Positions 29,730 through 40,326 of a stretch of DNA of 64,000 nucleotides are shown one piece after another. A program made the position numbers and the translations under genes. The stretch's first letter is position 1, and every line of letters begins with the position of its first letter. The notes beneath the pieces are model-generated. The model saw only the letters and a program-made list of their open reading frames with translations. It did not search any database and was not told where the DNA came from. The DNA comes from a phage: sequence record PZ445511.1; one strand, 5' to 3'.

Positions 29730-30260
29730 TTACTTATCTAAGTCCTCACGTCGGCAAATATATCCTTTAAATAGTTCTTGCCTGGAATCCATACCTAGAT
29801 GCTGTACTCTAAGTTCATTAGCTTTATTTATAGCTAATTCTAATTCCTCATAAGGGAATAATCCACCATATATTTTAACACCTATACAGTTAGTTATTTC
29901 TACCTTCCATTTAGAAGAATTAGTATCCCAATGTACGCCTAAGTATCCAGAAGTACTTCTAGTGTTTCTATTTCTGCAGTTTTGCTGATGTGTGGTCTCT
30001 CGCAAGTTACTCCACCTATTATCCCACCTTATACGATTAATATGGTCTATCTCTTCTGGAAACCTGCCTTCCATATATAGGAAGGCAAGCCTATGTGCAG
30101 GATAAGATATTTTATCTATTTTTATATAGACATAATCATTAGAGTTACGAGATCCAGCAATACTTCCCTTTGCAGCTCTACCTTTAGCTACTCTACGAGT
30201 AAAATCACCTGTATCTGGATTATACTCGAAAAGTTCTTTGAGCTTATCTTGTGTTATCAT
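29730..30260 (-). CDS. HNH homing endonuclease (HNH_3/AP2-type)
   Basis: YPAHRLAFLYMEGRFPEEIDHINRIRWDNRWSNLR plus downstream GYLGVHWD AP2-like segment; paralog of 58830-59342. Confidence 0.75.
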   Translation of the reverse strand: MITQDKLKELFEYNPDTGDFTRRVAKGRAAKGSIAGSRNSNDYVYIKIDKISYPAHRLAFLYMEGRFPEEIDHINRIRWDNRWSNLRETTHQQNCRNRNTRSTSGYLGVHWDTNSSKWKVEITNCIGVKIYGGLFPYEELELAINKANELRVQHLGMDSRQELFKGYICRREDLDK

Positions 30261-30261
30261 T

Positions 30262-31608
30262 TTATACCTTAAATACTTCCTGGGCTAATCTAACTGCTTT
30301 CTCCGGAGTCATAGTAATAGTTTTCCATGCGTTATTGCGATATACGGCCATACGTCCAGAAGCCTGTCTTAAACCAGTACCTCCTTTCATAATTAAATCT
30401 ACAACAATCGGATCTAGTTTTCCGTCAACAATACGTTGAACGCGACCTGCTAGCTGTTCTATTAGGGATTCATTATTAATGAGACTTCCCATTATTAAAC
30501 AAGACAGCTCATTAAGAGAAATACCTTCTGAGAAGATACTCTGAGCTGCTGCAAGTACACAGGGTCCGCCCTCCGCTACATCTTTCTGGATTCTCAATCG
30601 ATCATCCAAAGGAGTTGCACCTATAATCTCATAGGTTGTAACACCACGTTGTGCGAGAGCTTCTAGTATTGTTTGAATTAGTTCTGTTCTATCACTTACA
30701 AAGAGAACCTTATGCCCCATAGACACATATAAATGAGCTAGATTTATAATAGTCTCTCGATATTCAGGATGGTTATACACATCGTTAGCACGTAATGCCC
30801 ACGGTACGTTCTGGTTTCCTGATAACTCAACAGGCACGGAGTACCTATGGATTGTGGGTGGAACAGTGTTATTGACAGGCGGACTAAAGATCTTATACCC
30901 AAAGAAGTCTTTGAACATAACTTGCAGGCCATCCTTACGCTTTAACGTACCAGATAGACCGATCTTGTAGCGAGCACACGAGATCTCTAAGAAATTAGTG
31001 AAAGTTGTAGCCACACAGTGGTGAACTTCATCAACTATAACAGTACCGAATACCTTAGAAAGATTATTCGCATGTTTGTTCACTGTTTGTATATTACTGA
31101 CCACGATTGGTGGATCAATGTTATACTTTCCAGAACCTATAATACCCGGCTCGAATCCAAACCATTTACGAACTTCTGCAGCCCACATTTCCCGTATGGA
31201 TGTGTTGGTGCAGATTACCAGAGTTTTCTGGCCAAACTTATATGCAAGAGCTAGCGCTAAGATAGTTTTACCAAATCCAGGCTTACCATTAATAATACAA
31301 GTATCATCACACTCTTCATATATAGGAAGCTGATCTTCTTCACGTAGCTTGAACTGAGGTTCTGGTATTTCTACTGGAGCTAACGTGCGTTTATCAACTA
31401 ATTCGTATTTCACTCCCTTAGCATCTAGTAAATCCAGACGCGTAATGGGGATCCACTTAATCTCTTTAGCAACAACACCACTATTCTTATACATAATAGG
31501 GTATTTACTAGTCATTGTCTCAATGTGATAAGTAGTTTGCTTACTACAATAATCCCAGAGTTCATCATCGGGCTTGAAATAGGCTTTATTAGATATAACA
31601 ACCTTCAT
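30262..31608 (-). CDS. SF2 DNA helicase (T5 D10-like)
   Basis: Walker A GKPGFGKT, DEVH box, SGT motif, C-terminal helicase domain (QLAGRVQR). Confidence 0.75.
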   Translation of the reverse strand: MKVVISNKAYFKPDDELWDYCSKQTTYHIETMTSKYPIMYKNSGVVAKEIKWIPITRLDLLDAKGVKYELVDKRTLAPVEIPEPQFKLREEDQLPIYEECDDTCIINGKPGFGKTILALALAYKFGQKTLVICTNTSIREMWAAEVRKWFGFEPGIIGSGKYNIDPPIVVSNIQTVNKHANNLSKVFGTVIVDEVHHCVATTFTNFLEISCARYKIGLSGTLKRKDGLQVMFKDFFGYKIFSPPVNNTVPPTIHRYSVPVELSGNQNVPWALRANDVYNHPEYRETIINLAHLYVSMGHKVLFVSDRTELIQTILEALAQRGVTTYEIIGATPLDDRLRIQKDVAEGGPCVLAAAQSIFSEGISLNELSCLIMGSLINNESLIEQLAGRVQRIVDGKLDPIVVDLIMKGGTGLRQASGRMAVYRNNAWKTITMTPEKAVRLAQEVFKV

Positions 31609-32102
31609 AATTTTATTCTAAGTCTAGGAATTTCAGGCTCCTCTTGATGGACTTGATAAATAACAGGGCTATTATTTACCAGAATATAGCTTATATAAGC
31701 TGGAACATAGGATAGCACGAATGGATATGGAACTTTGGCCACATAACATTGATACTTTCCATTATAAATTCTTGCAGAATGCAGAACTTTAGATGTGATA
31801 ACATCATAGAACGTAGTTTTCTTCCAGTTAATAAGATTTCCATCAGAATCTATGAACTGGCTACGCTTTGACCCAACTAATTGGGACAACATTGATATTC
31901 TACCACGAATAGGATAGAGCTTATAAGGTAATTCTTTCCGCTTCTCAAATAAGGCTAACCTACGTTGAGAGAATGTGCCAGGCAACTCCCTGTTATCTAG
32001 CACATATTTATTATATCTTGTTGTAATTACGGAATAATCACCTTCCTGCTCAATTGATACAAATGCCCGTAAAGCATATACGGGCAATTTGAAATCAAGC
32101 AC
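31605..32102 (-). CDS. Hypothetical protein
   Basis: 165-aa ORF coupled between the polymerase and helicase genes. Confidence 0.4.
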   Translation of the reverse strand: MLDFKLPVYALRAFVSIEQEGDYSVITTRYNKYVLDNRELPGTFSQRRLALFEKRKELPYKLYPIRGRISMLSQLVGSKRSQFIDSDGNLINWKKTTFYDVITSKVLHSARIYNGKYQCYVAKVPYPFVLSYVPAYISYILVNNSPVIYQVHQEEPEIPRLRIKL

Positions 32103-34662
32103 CTAAAATCCTTTTCACATTATCCAGATCTTTACATACAGCAATAAACTTATCATCCTTGTACTTGCTGTGGTCTGGATGCTCTTTATCCATTGCAGCT
32201 AACTTCTTATACTCGAAATCTGCATCGAGTAATACACCCTTAACATAACGAGTATATTCATCATCATCAATACAAGCGATTGATGGGTGTTGCTTCTTCA
32301 TTTTACCACAAGAGTAGTCACGAGAACCACCTTTTTCAGAGTCAGAATCAATACCGATTGGGCAGCCAGGGATACTAATACCACGATCCTTCTGGATGTT
32401 ACGAATCAGAATCTCGTTATACTGATCGATCAGATCTTCACGTACAATGGCAACCACGGAGTCGTGAACCAACATGACGATCTTCATCTCTTTTCCTAGA
32501 CCCAAGGACAGGATTTCTTCATCAGCATCAATAGCCCCTAACAGGAGACTATCAGAAGATGCAGACTGAATGATTGCGTTAAATCCAGAACGGATTTCTT
32601 CACCCTGAACACCACGATCTTCGGAATGGATGTTATGCAGACGACGCTTACGACCAAAGTGACTATAGATGAATCCAAAGTTCTTGATCTGATCGTGGCA
32701 CTTATCAATCCAACGCTTAAGCTGAGGGAACTGACCGAAGTAAGTTTCGATATAGTCCTTCGCATCTGCAACGGTACATTCAACAAACGGTTCGCCTGTC
32801 TTAGCGGCCTGTTCCAGAAGAGCTTCGTTAACAGAGTGAGCTACTTTCGCTGGGCCAGAACCATACAGAATACCGAAGGTAATTGCCTTAGCAGCCTGAC
32901 GCAGAGCTGGGAACAGCTTCTTAACATCACGTGGTTCACAAGTCAGTTTAAATACCATGTGCGCGATGTTTGAGTGGAAGTCAGGATATTTATCAGGCTC
33001 ATTCTTCATGTTGATAAATACTTGTTGCATATTTCTGTCACCAGACAGAACAGCAGCATAGTAAACTTCCGCAGTTGTTAAGTCCCATGCGATTACACGG
33101 TATCCAGGAGGAGCTACTACACAACCCTTGATAATAGACTCATCACGTGGTAACTGTTGCAGGTTCAGCTTACCAGAAGAACTCAGACGACCAGAAGTAG
33201 TCATGTGTTCGTGGAAGCCGGTACGAATGCAACCATCTGCATCGATGCTCAGAAGAATCTTCTCAACATAAGTAGAGATCAGCTTAGTCAGCTTACGAAT
33301 CTCTAGCAGAGTTTTAGCAATCGGGTGCTGAGTTGCTAGTTCGTTCAGAGCTTCTGCGTTTGTAGAATCTGCACCTGTATCCGTCAGTTTACCAGTTGGA
33401 GTCAAACCAACATAATCAAACAGAAGAACACGGAGTTGCTTAACAGAGTTCGGGTTAAACGCTTCGTTCTGATCCTTCTCCAGCTGAACGACTTCTGGAT
33501 AAGTATACAGCTTCTCACGAGCCATATTTAATCGATGTGTCAACTGATACTGAGCTTCTTTCAAGCGATCAACGGAAATCGGTACACCACGATCTTCAAC
33601 ACGTTGCAGGAATACACAACCAGGCATCAGAACTTCGTAGTATAGACTGCAAAGCTTTTCGTTCTTCTCAATTTTTGGTAAGAAGAAGTTATGCAGACGC
33701 AGAGTAGCATCGGTATCTTTTGCAGCATATGGCCACATAATATCAAAAGGAATCAGATCATAGCTGAAATCCTCTTTTTTGATCTTATGTGCCTTGCAAT
33801 AATCATCCTTGAACTTATCCAGTTCAAAGTCATAGTCACCCATGTCAGTGTACTTCATAGCCAGAGATTTCAAGCCGTGAGTACCACGACGTTCATCGAG
33901 AACATAGTGTTGTAACATGGTATCGTGAAGTCTACGCTCTTTATGCGCTTTCTCAAAGGAAAGTCCTAGATGATAGGAATAAAAGTGCATATCGAACTTC
34001 AAGTTATGAAAAACGATCTGATGATTCTTGCTATCCAGAATTTTCTGGAGATAATGTACAGCTACTTCGGTGATGCTGTCAGAGTCAATATAGACACCCT
34101 GATACTCTTGGTGAGACATAGAAACACCAAGAAGATAACCATCACGAGCATACAGAGCTGAGGTTTCGGAGTCGAATGCGATAGGTCCGATAACCATGTT
34201 ATACACCATCTTGATGTATTCTTCAGCTTCGTCTGGATCAGTAATAGGACGATAATCACCAGCTTTTGCAATCTTCTCACGACCATTAATAATGTCGTGA
34301 ATACTTTCAACAGTAGCATCGAAAACTGGTTTCATTTCAGGTTTAAAGTGTAGCTGAGCTGGACTAATACTTGCAATCCAGTTGGCATAGCCACCATGCT
34401 CTACACGTTTACCAGTATAATCACCGATACCTTTCTTACCTGCGAAATACAGGAAAGGTTCAGCACCGACTAGCACAACAAAATCGTAATCGTTCGGATC
34501 GAACGGGTTATCTGGAGTTCCGATTGTAATATGCTTTTTCAGCAAACGACCAGATAACTTCTCGTTACACATATGGAATACATCAACTTCCTCACCATAA
34601 AGCTGGAAGTGTTTATCATAACGAGTGTTATTTAGAGCTTTATCAACTACTGCAATTTTCAA
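32095..34662 (-). CDS. DNA polymerase (family A, with 3'-5' exonuclease domain)
   Basis: 855 aa; exonuclease motif (IAFDSETSALY), Pol A motif A (DLTTAEVYYAAVLSGD), motif B (RQAAKAITFGILYG), motif C (VHDS). Confidence 0.9.
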   Translation of the reverse strand: MKIAVVDKALNNTRYDKHFQLYGEEVDVFHMCNEKLSGRLLKKHITIGTPDNPFDPNDYDFVVLVGAEPFLYFAGKKGIGDYTGKRVEHGGYANWIASISPAQLHFKPEMKPVFDATVESIHDIINGREKIAKAGDYRPITDPDEAEEYIKMVYNMVIGPIAFDSETSALYARDGYLLGVSMSHQEYQGVYIDSDSITEVAVHYLQKILDSKNHQIVFHNLKFDMHFYSYHLGLSFEKAHKERRLHDTMLQHYVLDERRGTHGLKSLAMKYTDMGDYDFELDKFKDDYCKAHKIKKEDFSYDLIPFDIMWPYAAKDTDATLRLHNFFLPKIEKNEKLCSLYYEVLMPGCVFLQRVEDRGVPISVDRLKEAQYQLTHRLNMAREKLYTYPEVVQLEKDQNEAFNPNSVKQLRVLLFDYVGLTPTGKLTDTGADSTNAEALNELATQHPIAKTLLEIRKLTKLISTYVEKILLSIDADGCIRTGFHEHMTTSGRLSSSGKLNLQQLPRDESIIKGCVVAPPGYRVIAWDLTTAEVYYAAVLSGDRNMQQVFINMKNEPDKYPDFHSNIAHMVFKLTCEPRDVKKLFPALRQAAKAITFGILYGSGPAKVAHSVNEALLEQAAKTGEPFVECTVADAKDYIETYFGQFPQLKRWIDKCHDQIKNFGFIYSHFGRKRRLHNIHSEDRGVQGEEIRSGFNAIIQSASSDSLLLGAIDADEEILSLGLGKEMKIVMLVHDSVVAIVREDLIDQYNEILIRNIQKDRGISIPGCPIGIDSDSEKGGSRDYSCGKMKKQHPSIACIDDDEYTRYVKGVLLDADFEYKKLAAMDKEHPDHSKYKDDKFIAVCKDLDNVKRILGA

Positions 34663-34724
34663 ATTTAGTCTCCTTTTGGTAAGTAAGTATAACTTCAGTG
34701 TTTCTTCTCTAACTTACCAATATA

Positions 34725-35615
34725 TTATACCAAATCTTTGAGCGATTCGGCAACTAAAATTTCAATACGTTGAGCCAACATATCGATCTCTTCTTTATTT
34801 AAATCACCTGGGTCTTTGCCTTCTGGAAGAAGGAAGTTACCAACTATAGGTGTTAAACGTGTTTTTGTACGAATTAGCTTCGCTAGTGCTTGGGCAGCTT
34901 TATTACCAGAGGCATCATTATCTAGCAAGATAACAACTACTCTTACTCCAGCAATAATGTAAGGACTAAACTTATCCGCAATGTTATCAGATGTAAACTG
35001 ATGTGTACCAAAGCAGCAAGAAGCATAATCTACACCATTGTCTTCTAGATTTAACATATCAAAGATACCTTCAACTAGAACAAGAACTGGTGTATTATAT
35101 CGTACAGGGAAAATCGGTGGTGAAACTTGTTTTGGTTTTACTAAGTATTTAGGAGGGGCAGAACTGTTTATAGAACGTCCCAGGAATAGGATATTGCGTC
35201 CAACAGCATCTGTTATTGGGAATACAATTCTGCCTTCCCAGTCTGCTTGATGTTGGAAAGCAAAATATTTCTTCAAGGTCTTAGAACTGATACCTCGGAA
35301 ATCACCTTCGAAAAGGTAAGCAGATTCAGGAATTGCAAGATTCGTAGATCCATTCCTAATCTCTGAAATCTTTTTACGTACTTGTGACAATCTTGGGGAC
35401 TGTCTGTACTGAGTCTCATTAAAATAATGGTAAATGCTCGGTATTCCTCTACCGAAGCCACAGCTCAAGCAATGCATAATACCTGATTCAGGATCAATAC
35501 GCAAGCTTGGGTGTTTATCATCATGATCTGGATTGAGACAACAGATGAGGATGTCCCCACCTGTGTCTTTGTATTCAATGCCTTTCAGATCAAGTAGTTC
35601 TGTTATTCTACTCAT
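34725..35615 (-). CDS. DNA primase (zinc finger + Toprim)
   Basis: CxxxxH...CLSCG zinc-binding motif at N-terminus; Toprim-like EGIFD / DND acidic motifs. Confidence 0.7.
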   Translation of the reverse strand: MSRITELLDLKGIEYKDTGGDILICCLNPDHDDKHPSLRIDPESGIMHCLSCGFGRGIPSIYHYFNETQYRQSPRLSQVRKKISEIRNGSTNLAIPESAYLFEGDFRGISSKTLKKYFAFQHQADWEGRIVFPITDAVGRNILFLGRSINSSAPPKYLVKPKQVSPPIFPVRYNTPVLVLVEGIFDMLNLEDNGVDYASCCFGTHQFTSDNIADKFSPYIIAGVRVVVILLDNDASGNKAAQALAKLIRTKTRLTPIVGNFLLPEGKDPGDLNKEEIDMLAQRIEILVAESLKDLV

Positions 35616-37084
35616 ATATCGCTGGCCTGTTCACCTGTTGAATTTTCAGCTTTGTCTTTCTTAGCACGTTTAGGTTGAGCTGGTTTATCCTTTTCAATAG
35701 GAATAACGAACTCAGCTTCCATTTGCGCAATATCTTCCATTGCTAGGTTGGTAGTGTTATCCATTCGCAGAGTTTCCCAGTTCATCTTAGGCATAAACTT
35801 CACACTATCAGAGGAACGAGTCTTAACGAAGTCAAACATAATAGCACCTTGACCATTATCAGCTTTTGCAGCATTAAGATTAGCAGCCATATCTGCGGAA
35901 TCAAGAATCCCTTTAGACATACGCGTTCTACCATCTTGGTCAATCTGATAAGGAGCAACACCAGCCACGTTATGTTTCTGGCAGATAGATTTGAAAGACG
36001 AACTAACAACCATCTGTTCTTTCCAGTCATACATGTCAATGGTCTTTGAATCTGGAAGTCTTGTTTGGTTAATATAGTCTAGAAGAGCTACAGTAACCTT
36101 ATCACCATACTTAGCAACTAGTTTATTTAATTCTACGTCAACCGTCGTAATAGACAGTTCAGGATCGTAAACGATGATCATAGGAGTGTGAAGTTCATAG
36201 CTTTCAAGGAGTTTACTTTCCATATCATAGAAGTCACTCATTTTAGCCATAGTGTACTGCTTAACGAAACTATCGAAAAGCTCTTCACCACCATTAAACA
36301 TTCTAGCCCTAGTTCTGGCTAATCTCAACAGAGCAGCACCTTCAAGAGTGTTATTACGCATTGCTAATGCAGATACTCCAGCTAACATAGCCAGATTACG
36401 TCTAAACACTTCGTGCTCTTTCATCTCAATTGAGAAATATGGAGCAATGTCTCCATTCAAATATTGCTGAACCTGTATGTTTGAACAGATAATGGATTTA
36501 CCAGTACCACGCCAACCACCAAGCAGTAACGTTTCTGTGCGAGCTAAACCAATTTGAGCGTCGAACTCATTACAAATACCAAGAGCGATCAAGTTCAGTT
36601 TGGTATCTTCTTCTCTCTGGAAAATACGCATTGTGTCCGCGTTGAATACCTTTCCAGTATTCGTTACTTTCTCTTCTAATTTTAAGTGAAGGGAGGCAAC
36701 TCGATTGAGAATTTCTCCCTGATCCAGCATTGTTAAATCTTGAAGCACGTCTGTTTCTAGAAGTTTCAGGAATAGATCCTGTGTATATTCAGCTTCTAGG
36801 ACTTCAAGTGCCTGTTCCATGCTCACTTCTGGAATTTGAGTGTTAGCTAAGACGACAAGAGCTTGAGAAAGGCGGGCGTTCCTATTGGCCTCAAGCATCA
36901 GTGCGTCAATGGACGGCATTGCGTTATATTTCTTATAATAATTCTGGACGGCTTGGTAAATTGAGGAGAAAGCGTCATTAAAATGATCTTTATGCAGTTT
37001 TGAGAATGTTTCCAATGCTATTTGCTTCTGTTCAGAAGCGAGAAGCATCTTCAACACTACAGCTTGCACGTTAAACAAGGTCAT
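35612..37084 (-). CDS. DnaB-like replicative helicase
   Basis: Walker A GGWRGTGKS, RecA-like core; start placed at ATG 37084 after GGAGA RBS, downstream of a terminator hairpin. Confidence 0.7.
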   Translation of the reverse strand: MTLFNVQAVVLKMLLASEQKQIALETFSKLHKDHFNDAFSSIYQAVQNYYKKYNAMPSIDALMLEANRNARLSQALVVLANTQIPEVSMEQALEVLEAEYTQDLFLKLLETDVLQDLTMLDQGEILNRVASLHLKLEEKVTNTGKVFNADTMRIFQREEDTKLNLIALGICNEFDAQIGLARTETLLLGGWRGTGKSIICSNIQVQQYLNGDIAPYFSIEMKEHEVFRRNLAMLAGVSALAMRNNTLEGAALLRLARTRARMFNGGEELFDSFVKQYTMAKMSDFYDMESKLLESYELHTPMIIVYDPELSITTVDVELNKLVAKYGDKVTVALLDYINQTRLPDSKTIDMYDWKEQMVVSSSFKSICQKHNVAGVAPYQIDQDGRTRMSKGILDSADMAANLNAAKADNGQGAIMFDFVKTRSSDSVKFMPKMNWETLRMDNTTNLAMEDIAQMEAEFVIPIEKDKPAQPKRAKKDKAENSTGEQASDI

Positions 37085-37103
37085 TCTCCTTTGCACGCTT
37101 TCG

Positions 37104-37150
37104 TGCCTTCTAAATGCAAAAAGGGGAAGGAGCATAGCCCCCTCCCCTTA
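37104..37150 (-). terminator. Rho-independent terminator after the D5-like gene
   Basis: G/C-rich hairpin (GGGGAGGGGGC...CTCCTTCCCC) followed by TTTTT on the - strand. Confidence 0.55.
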
Positions 37151-37166
37151 GGTTTAATTTACCAGA

Positions 37167-37934
37167 TTATTCAGCAGCCGCAGCTTTTGCATCCAGTTTA
37201 GCACGCTTAGCGGCACCATCATAGTCCTTAGCAACCAGACCACGACGAGACAGCATAGATTTAACACCGCGCTCAGACTTACCAGTTTTCTCAGCGATCT
37301 CAGCAACAGTCATGTTAGCCAGATCCAGACCTTCTAACAGATCTTCACGAGTTTTAGCACTTGAAGTTTCCTGTACCGGCATAGCAGCGATACGACCTTC
37401 ACGAAGCAGGCTCAGAGCTTTACCACGGATCTGCTTAATATTGCGACCGAAGTGAGCAGCGATAGCTTCAATAGTAGCACCAGCAACAACCTGATTAACG
37501 AAATCAGTTTCTTCGTCAGGAGTGAAGGAACGAACAGCAGCAGTTTTTTCAGTTGGCTTAACAGAAGCAGTCATTTCCAGACTCAGGATCTTACCCTGTA
37601 CCTGCTTAGCACCGAACTGACCACCAGCTACAGCAGCAGCGATTTCAGCGTAAGTATACTGACCAGCATGAGCGTTCAGGAAATCAACCAGTTCAGCTTC
37701 CTGTTCAGGAGTCCACGGGGATTTCTGTACTTCGTTAGCTTTCTGTACTTCGAAACCTTCTTTACGCAGCTTAGAGCCAACAGAGCGAGCGGTAACGTCT
37801 TTACCAGTCTCGGTAGCCAGTTCAGCAGCGATAGCAGCTACTTGTTCTTGAGAGATTACAGCAACACCCAGAGCAGTGGCTTTTGCTTTCAGAGACTCGG
37901 TTACACCTTCTACGTTCCAGTTCAGTTTAGACAT
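37167..37934 (-). CDS. Abundant early DNA-binding protein (T5 D5-like)
   Basis: 255 aa, Ala-rich, repeated helix-turn-helix-like segments, high-expression codon usage. Confidence 0.45.
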   Translation of the reverse strand: MSKLNWNVEGVTESLKAKATALGVAVISQEQVAAIAAELATETGKDVTARSVGSKLRKEGFEVQKANEVQKSPWTPEQEAELVDFLNAHAGQYTYAEIAAAVAGGQFGAKQVQGKILSLEMTASVKPTEKTAAVRSFTPDEETDFVNQVVAGATIEAIAAHFGRNIKQIRGKALSLLREGRIAAMPVQETSSAKTREDLLEGLDLANMTVAEIAEKTGKSERGVKSMLSRRGLVAKDYDGAAKRAKLDAKAAAAE

Positions 37935-38709
37935 TATTATTTTTCTCCAATAGTTCTTTAATCGACAGGATTTCTATCCCATTCGTTTCGGCTTTCTTAT
38001 AAGATGAGGAAGAACGTTTTGATTCATCCTCACAGATTAGGTATTTGACGTCTTTGGTAACGGACTTCTTGACCGTATATCCTAGACTTTCTAAATAGTT
38101 TGTTGCATCCGTTCGATTTGCAAAATCTTGCAAAGATCCGGTAATACAGATCGTGATTCCATTTGGCTGGGCAACTAAATCATCTGTAATGATGATGTCA
38201 GCTTTAGCACCTCGGATACCAGTTGAGAATTTCCACGGTAATTCAATAACATCCTTGCCTTGTGGGGAATTTAGCCAGGTTTTGTAATTTTCTCCAGCCT
38301 TGCCGTCAGCCTTCACATCGTGGAAGCTAGTGCAATTTTGGGACAGTTTCTTTGCTGCAACCTCTCCAATAAGAGGAATTCCTAAAGAACCGAGAACTGA
38401 ACCAAAGTCAATGTCTCCGCGAACCTTAGTATTTAACTCGCTAATCAATTTAGCGGCAACCTTGCTACCCACAGCTCCGACCAAATCTTCTTCGGTCAGG
38501 TAAAACAGTTCTGAGATCTTAGTCAGCTCCAGCTTCTCAATAGTTTTCGGGCCAAAGCCCTTTAACTTCATTTTTGTGCAGAAGTTCTCGATTAACTTAC
38601 TTGATTGCGCTGGACAGTTGGACTTATTCCTACAGAATAATTGCCCGTTGACAAGATCTAGCTTAGAACCACAAGAGGGACATTGTGTTGGAATTTCGAT
38701 TTTCATCAA
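37927..38709 (-). CDS. NAD-dependent DNA ligase, C-terminal part (Zn finger, HhH, BRCT)
   Basis: CPSCGSKL...C...C zinc finger, helix-hairpin-helix segments, BRCT-like C-terminus (ICITGSL...). Confidence 0.7.
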   Translation of the reverse strand: MMKIEIPTQCPSCGSKLDLVNGQLFCRNKSNCPAQSSKLIENFCTKMKLKGFGPKTIEKLELTKISELFYLTEEDLVGAVGSKVAAKLISELNTKVRGDIDFGSVLGSLGIPLIGEVAAKKLSQNCTSFHDVKADGKAGENYKTWLNSPQGKDVIELPWKFSTGIRGAKADIIITDDLVAQPNGITICITGSLQDFANRTDATNYLESLGYTVKKSVTKDVKYLICEDESKRSSSSYKKAETNGIEILSIKELLEKNNNV

Positions 38710-38908
38710 ATTTCTTCCTTATCAATTTATATAAATATTATAGCAAGTATTTAAGCATTTAGCAACTACAATTTTAACTAACTTTGCTTACCCTCGCCAT
38801 AACTTTCTATCCCTCAACTGAATGATAATAGTATATACCTAAGCGGCGAAAATGTCAATAACCACTTTATAATTCCGACATGGTAAATGGGTAGCAAAGG
38901 GTTACGAA

Positions 38909-39880
38909 TTAGTCGTATACTCGCTCTACTATACAAGGGATTACACCACCAGCACGAATCACTCGAATCTGGCAACCGATCTCTAAATCGAGAGCGTTAA
39001 TATAATCAACGTTATTAAGAGTTGCTTTAACGATTGTGGCATCATCAATAATCACCGGTTCGAAATAACCAACTGGAGTTACTTTACCAGAAGCCCCTAC
39101 TTGCCATTCAACTTTAACAAGTGTGGTAATTTCGCCTTCTTCATCCTCTTTAATAGCAAATGCACCACGAGGAAATTTATTAGTCCAACCTTCACGGAAG
39201 AATTTATTGTTGTCGTTAATGCGAACAACTTTACCATCTGTCGGAATCCATTTAAAGAAGGAACGAACATTAACAACTGTCAAGAAGTTCTCATTCTCTA
39301 GCCAAAGCATATCTTTTAAATAGGCTTCTGTAATACCGACTGTTTCCGCTGAACACTGGATACCATATGCAACGAAGATTAAACCACCTTCACCAATACG
39401 TTGGATGAAATCATCGCTGTCTTTCAGGTTAATAGCACCCGAAGCGTAGTTACGTTTGTTCTCTACTTCTTTAGTAATTAGAACTTCACCAGTGATTTGA
39501 GTTGGTACTTTTTGGGAAATAGTTTTGGGGATGTTCAGCATTTTAACATTATGCGTTACATCATTCCCTAGAATACCGTTACCACGAGTTAACGCTTGAA
39601 CAAACTCACCATTAATATATAATAGAGAAATCGCACAACCATCTAACTTATCAGTTTCAACCTGACCAAGTGGGTTGAATGGAGCTTTATCACCACGATC
39701 GTAATAGACTTTCTGCAAAGAATACATACGATACAAATGAGGGATATCACCTTTCGGTCCGATTTCTTCCTCTAGTGGGAATCTTTTAATCAGACGATCA
39801 TATTCTTCGTCAGAGATTAAAGACATACCTTGATAATATGCTTCTTGACAGCGTTTAATAAATTCTTTTACATTAGTCAT
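38909..39880 (-). CDS. NAD-dependent DNA ligase, N-terminal part (adenylation + OB domains)
   Basis: KxDG adenylation motif (KLDGCAISLLY), LigA-type Ia N-terminus (EEYDRLI). Confidence 0.75.
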   Translation of the reverse strand: MTNVKEFIKRCQEAYYQGMSLISDEEYDRLIKRFPLEEEIGPKGDIPHLYRMYSLQKVYYDRGDKAPFNPLGQVETDKLDGCAISLLYINGEFVQALTRGNGILGNDVTHNVKMLNIPKTISQKVPTQITGEVLITKEVENKRNYASGAINLKDSDDFIQRIGEGGLIFVAYGIQCSAETVGITEAYLKDMLWLENENFLTVVNVRSFFKWIPTDGKVVRINDNNKFFREGWTNKFPRGAFAIKEDEEGEITTLVKVEWQVGASGKVTPVGYFEPVIIDDATIVKATLNNVDYINALDLEIGCQIRVIRAGGVIPCIVERVYD

Positions 39881-39970
39881 TTATTTATATCTCTCATCAA
39901 TTTATATAAATATTATATAACAAAACTGAGTCGAAAGCAAGTACATTTATAAAGAAAAAGCCAAGAATGC

Positions 39971-40276
39971 CTAGTTCTTGGCTTTGAGTTCTTCAGCTCG
40001 TTTCTGTACTTCATGCAATACCTCGGATTCACTGAGGATTTGCGTAAAAGCGTAAAATAGCTGTGATGTAGTTTCTAGGGTATAAGGAAAAGAGAAGCCG
40101 GATTTCGTTGGAAACCACTCTCCAGTAATATCTTGGAGCCAGTAACGAATTCCCATGTATAGATTCCCACGAAATTCAGATACGGTTAGTCTTACTTGTT
40201 CCCCCTCCTTCTCCCAAAGCATGATGGACTGGTCGTCAACGTGTCCTTCATAGTTTTGATTTACCTGATCGCTCAT
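39971..40276 (-). CDS. PC4-like ssDNA-binding protein
   Basis: RLTVSEFRGNLYMGIRYWL...PTKSGFSF matches the PC4/p15 fold signature. Confidence 0.5.
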   Translation of the reverse strand: MSDQVNQNYEGHVDDQSIMLWEKEGEQVRLTVSEFRGNLYMGIRYWLQDITGEWFPTKSGFSFPYTLETTSQLFYAFTQILSESEVLHEVQKRAEELKAKN

Positions 40277-40326
40277 TTACATATCCCAAATACACAAAAA
40301 GCCCCATATAGGGGCTAATTGGTTTC

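Noticed and set aside
37452-37961. 169-aa + strand ORF
   Set aside because: Antisense to the codon-optimised D5-like gene; Ser/Phe-rich nonsense composition.
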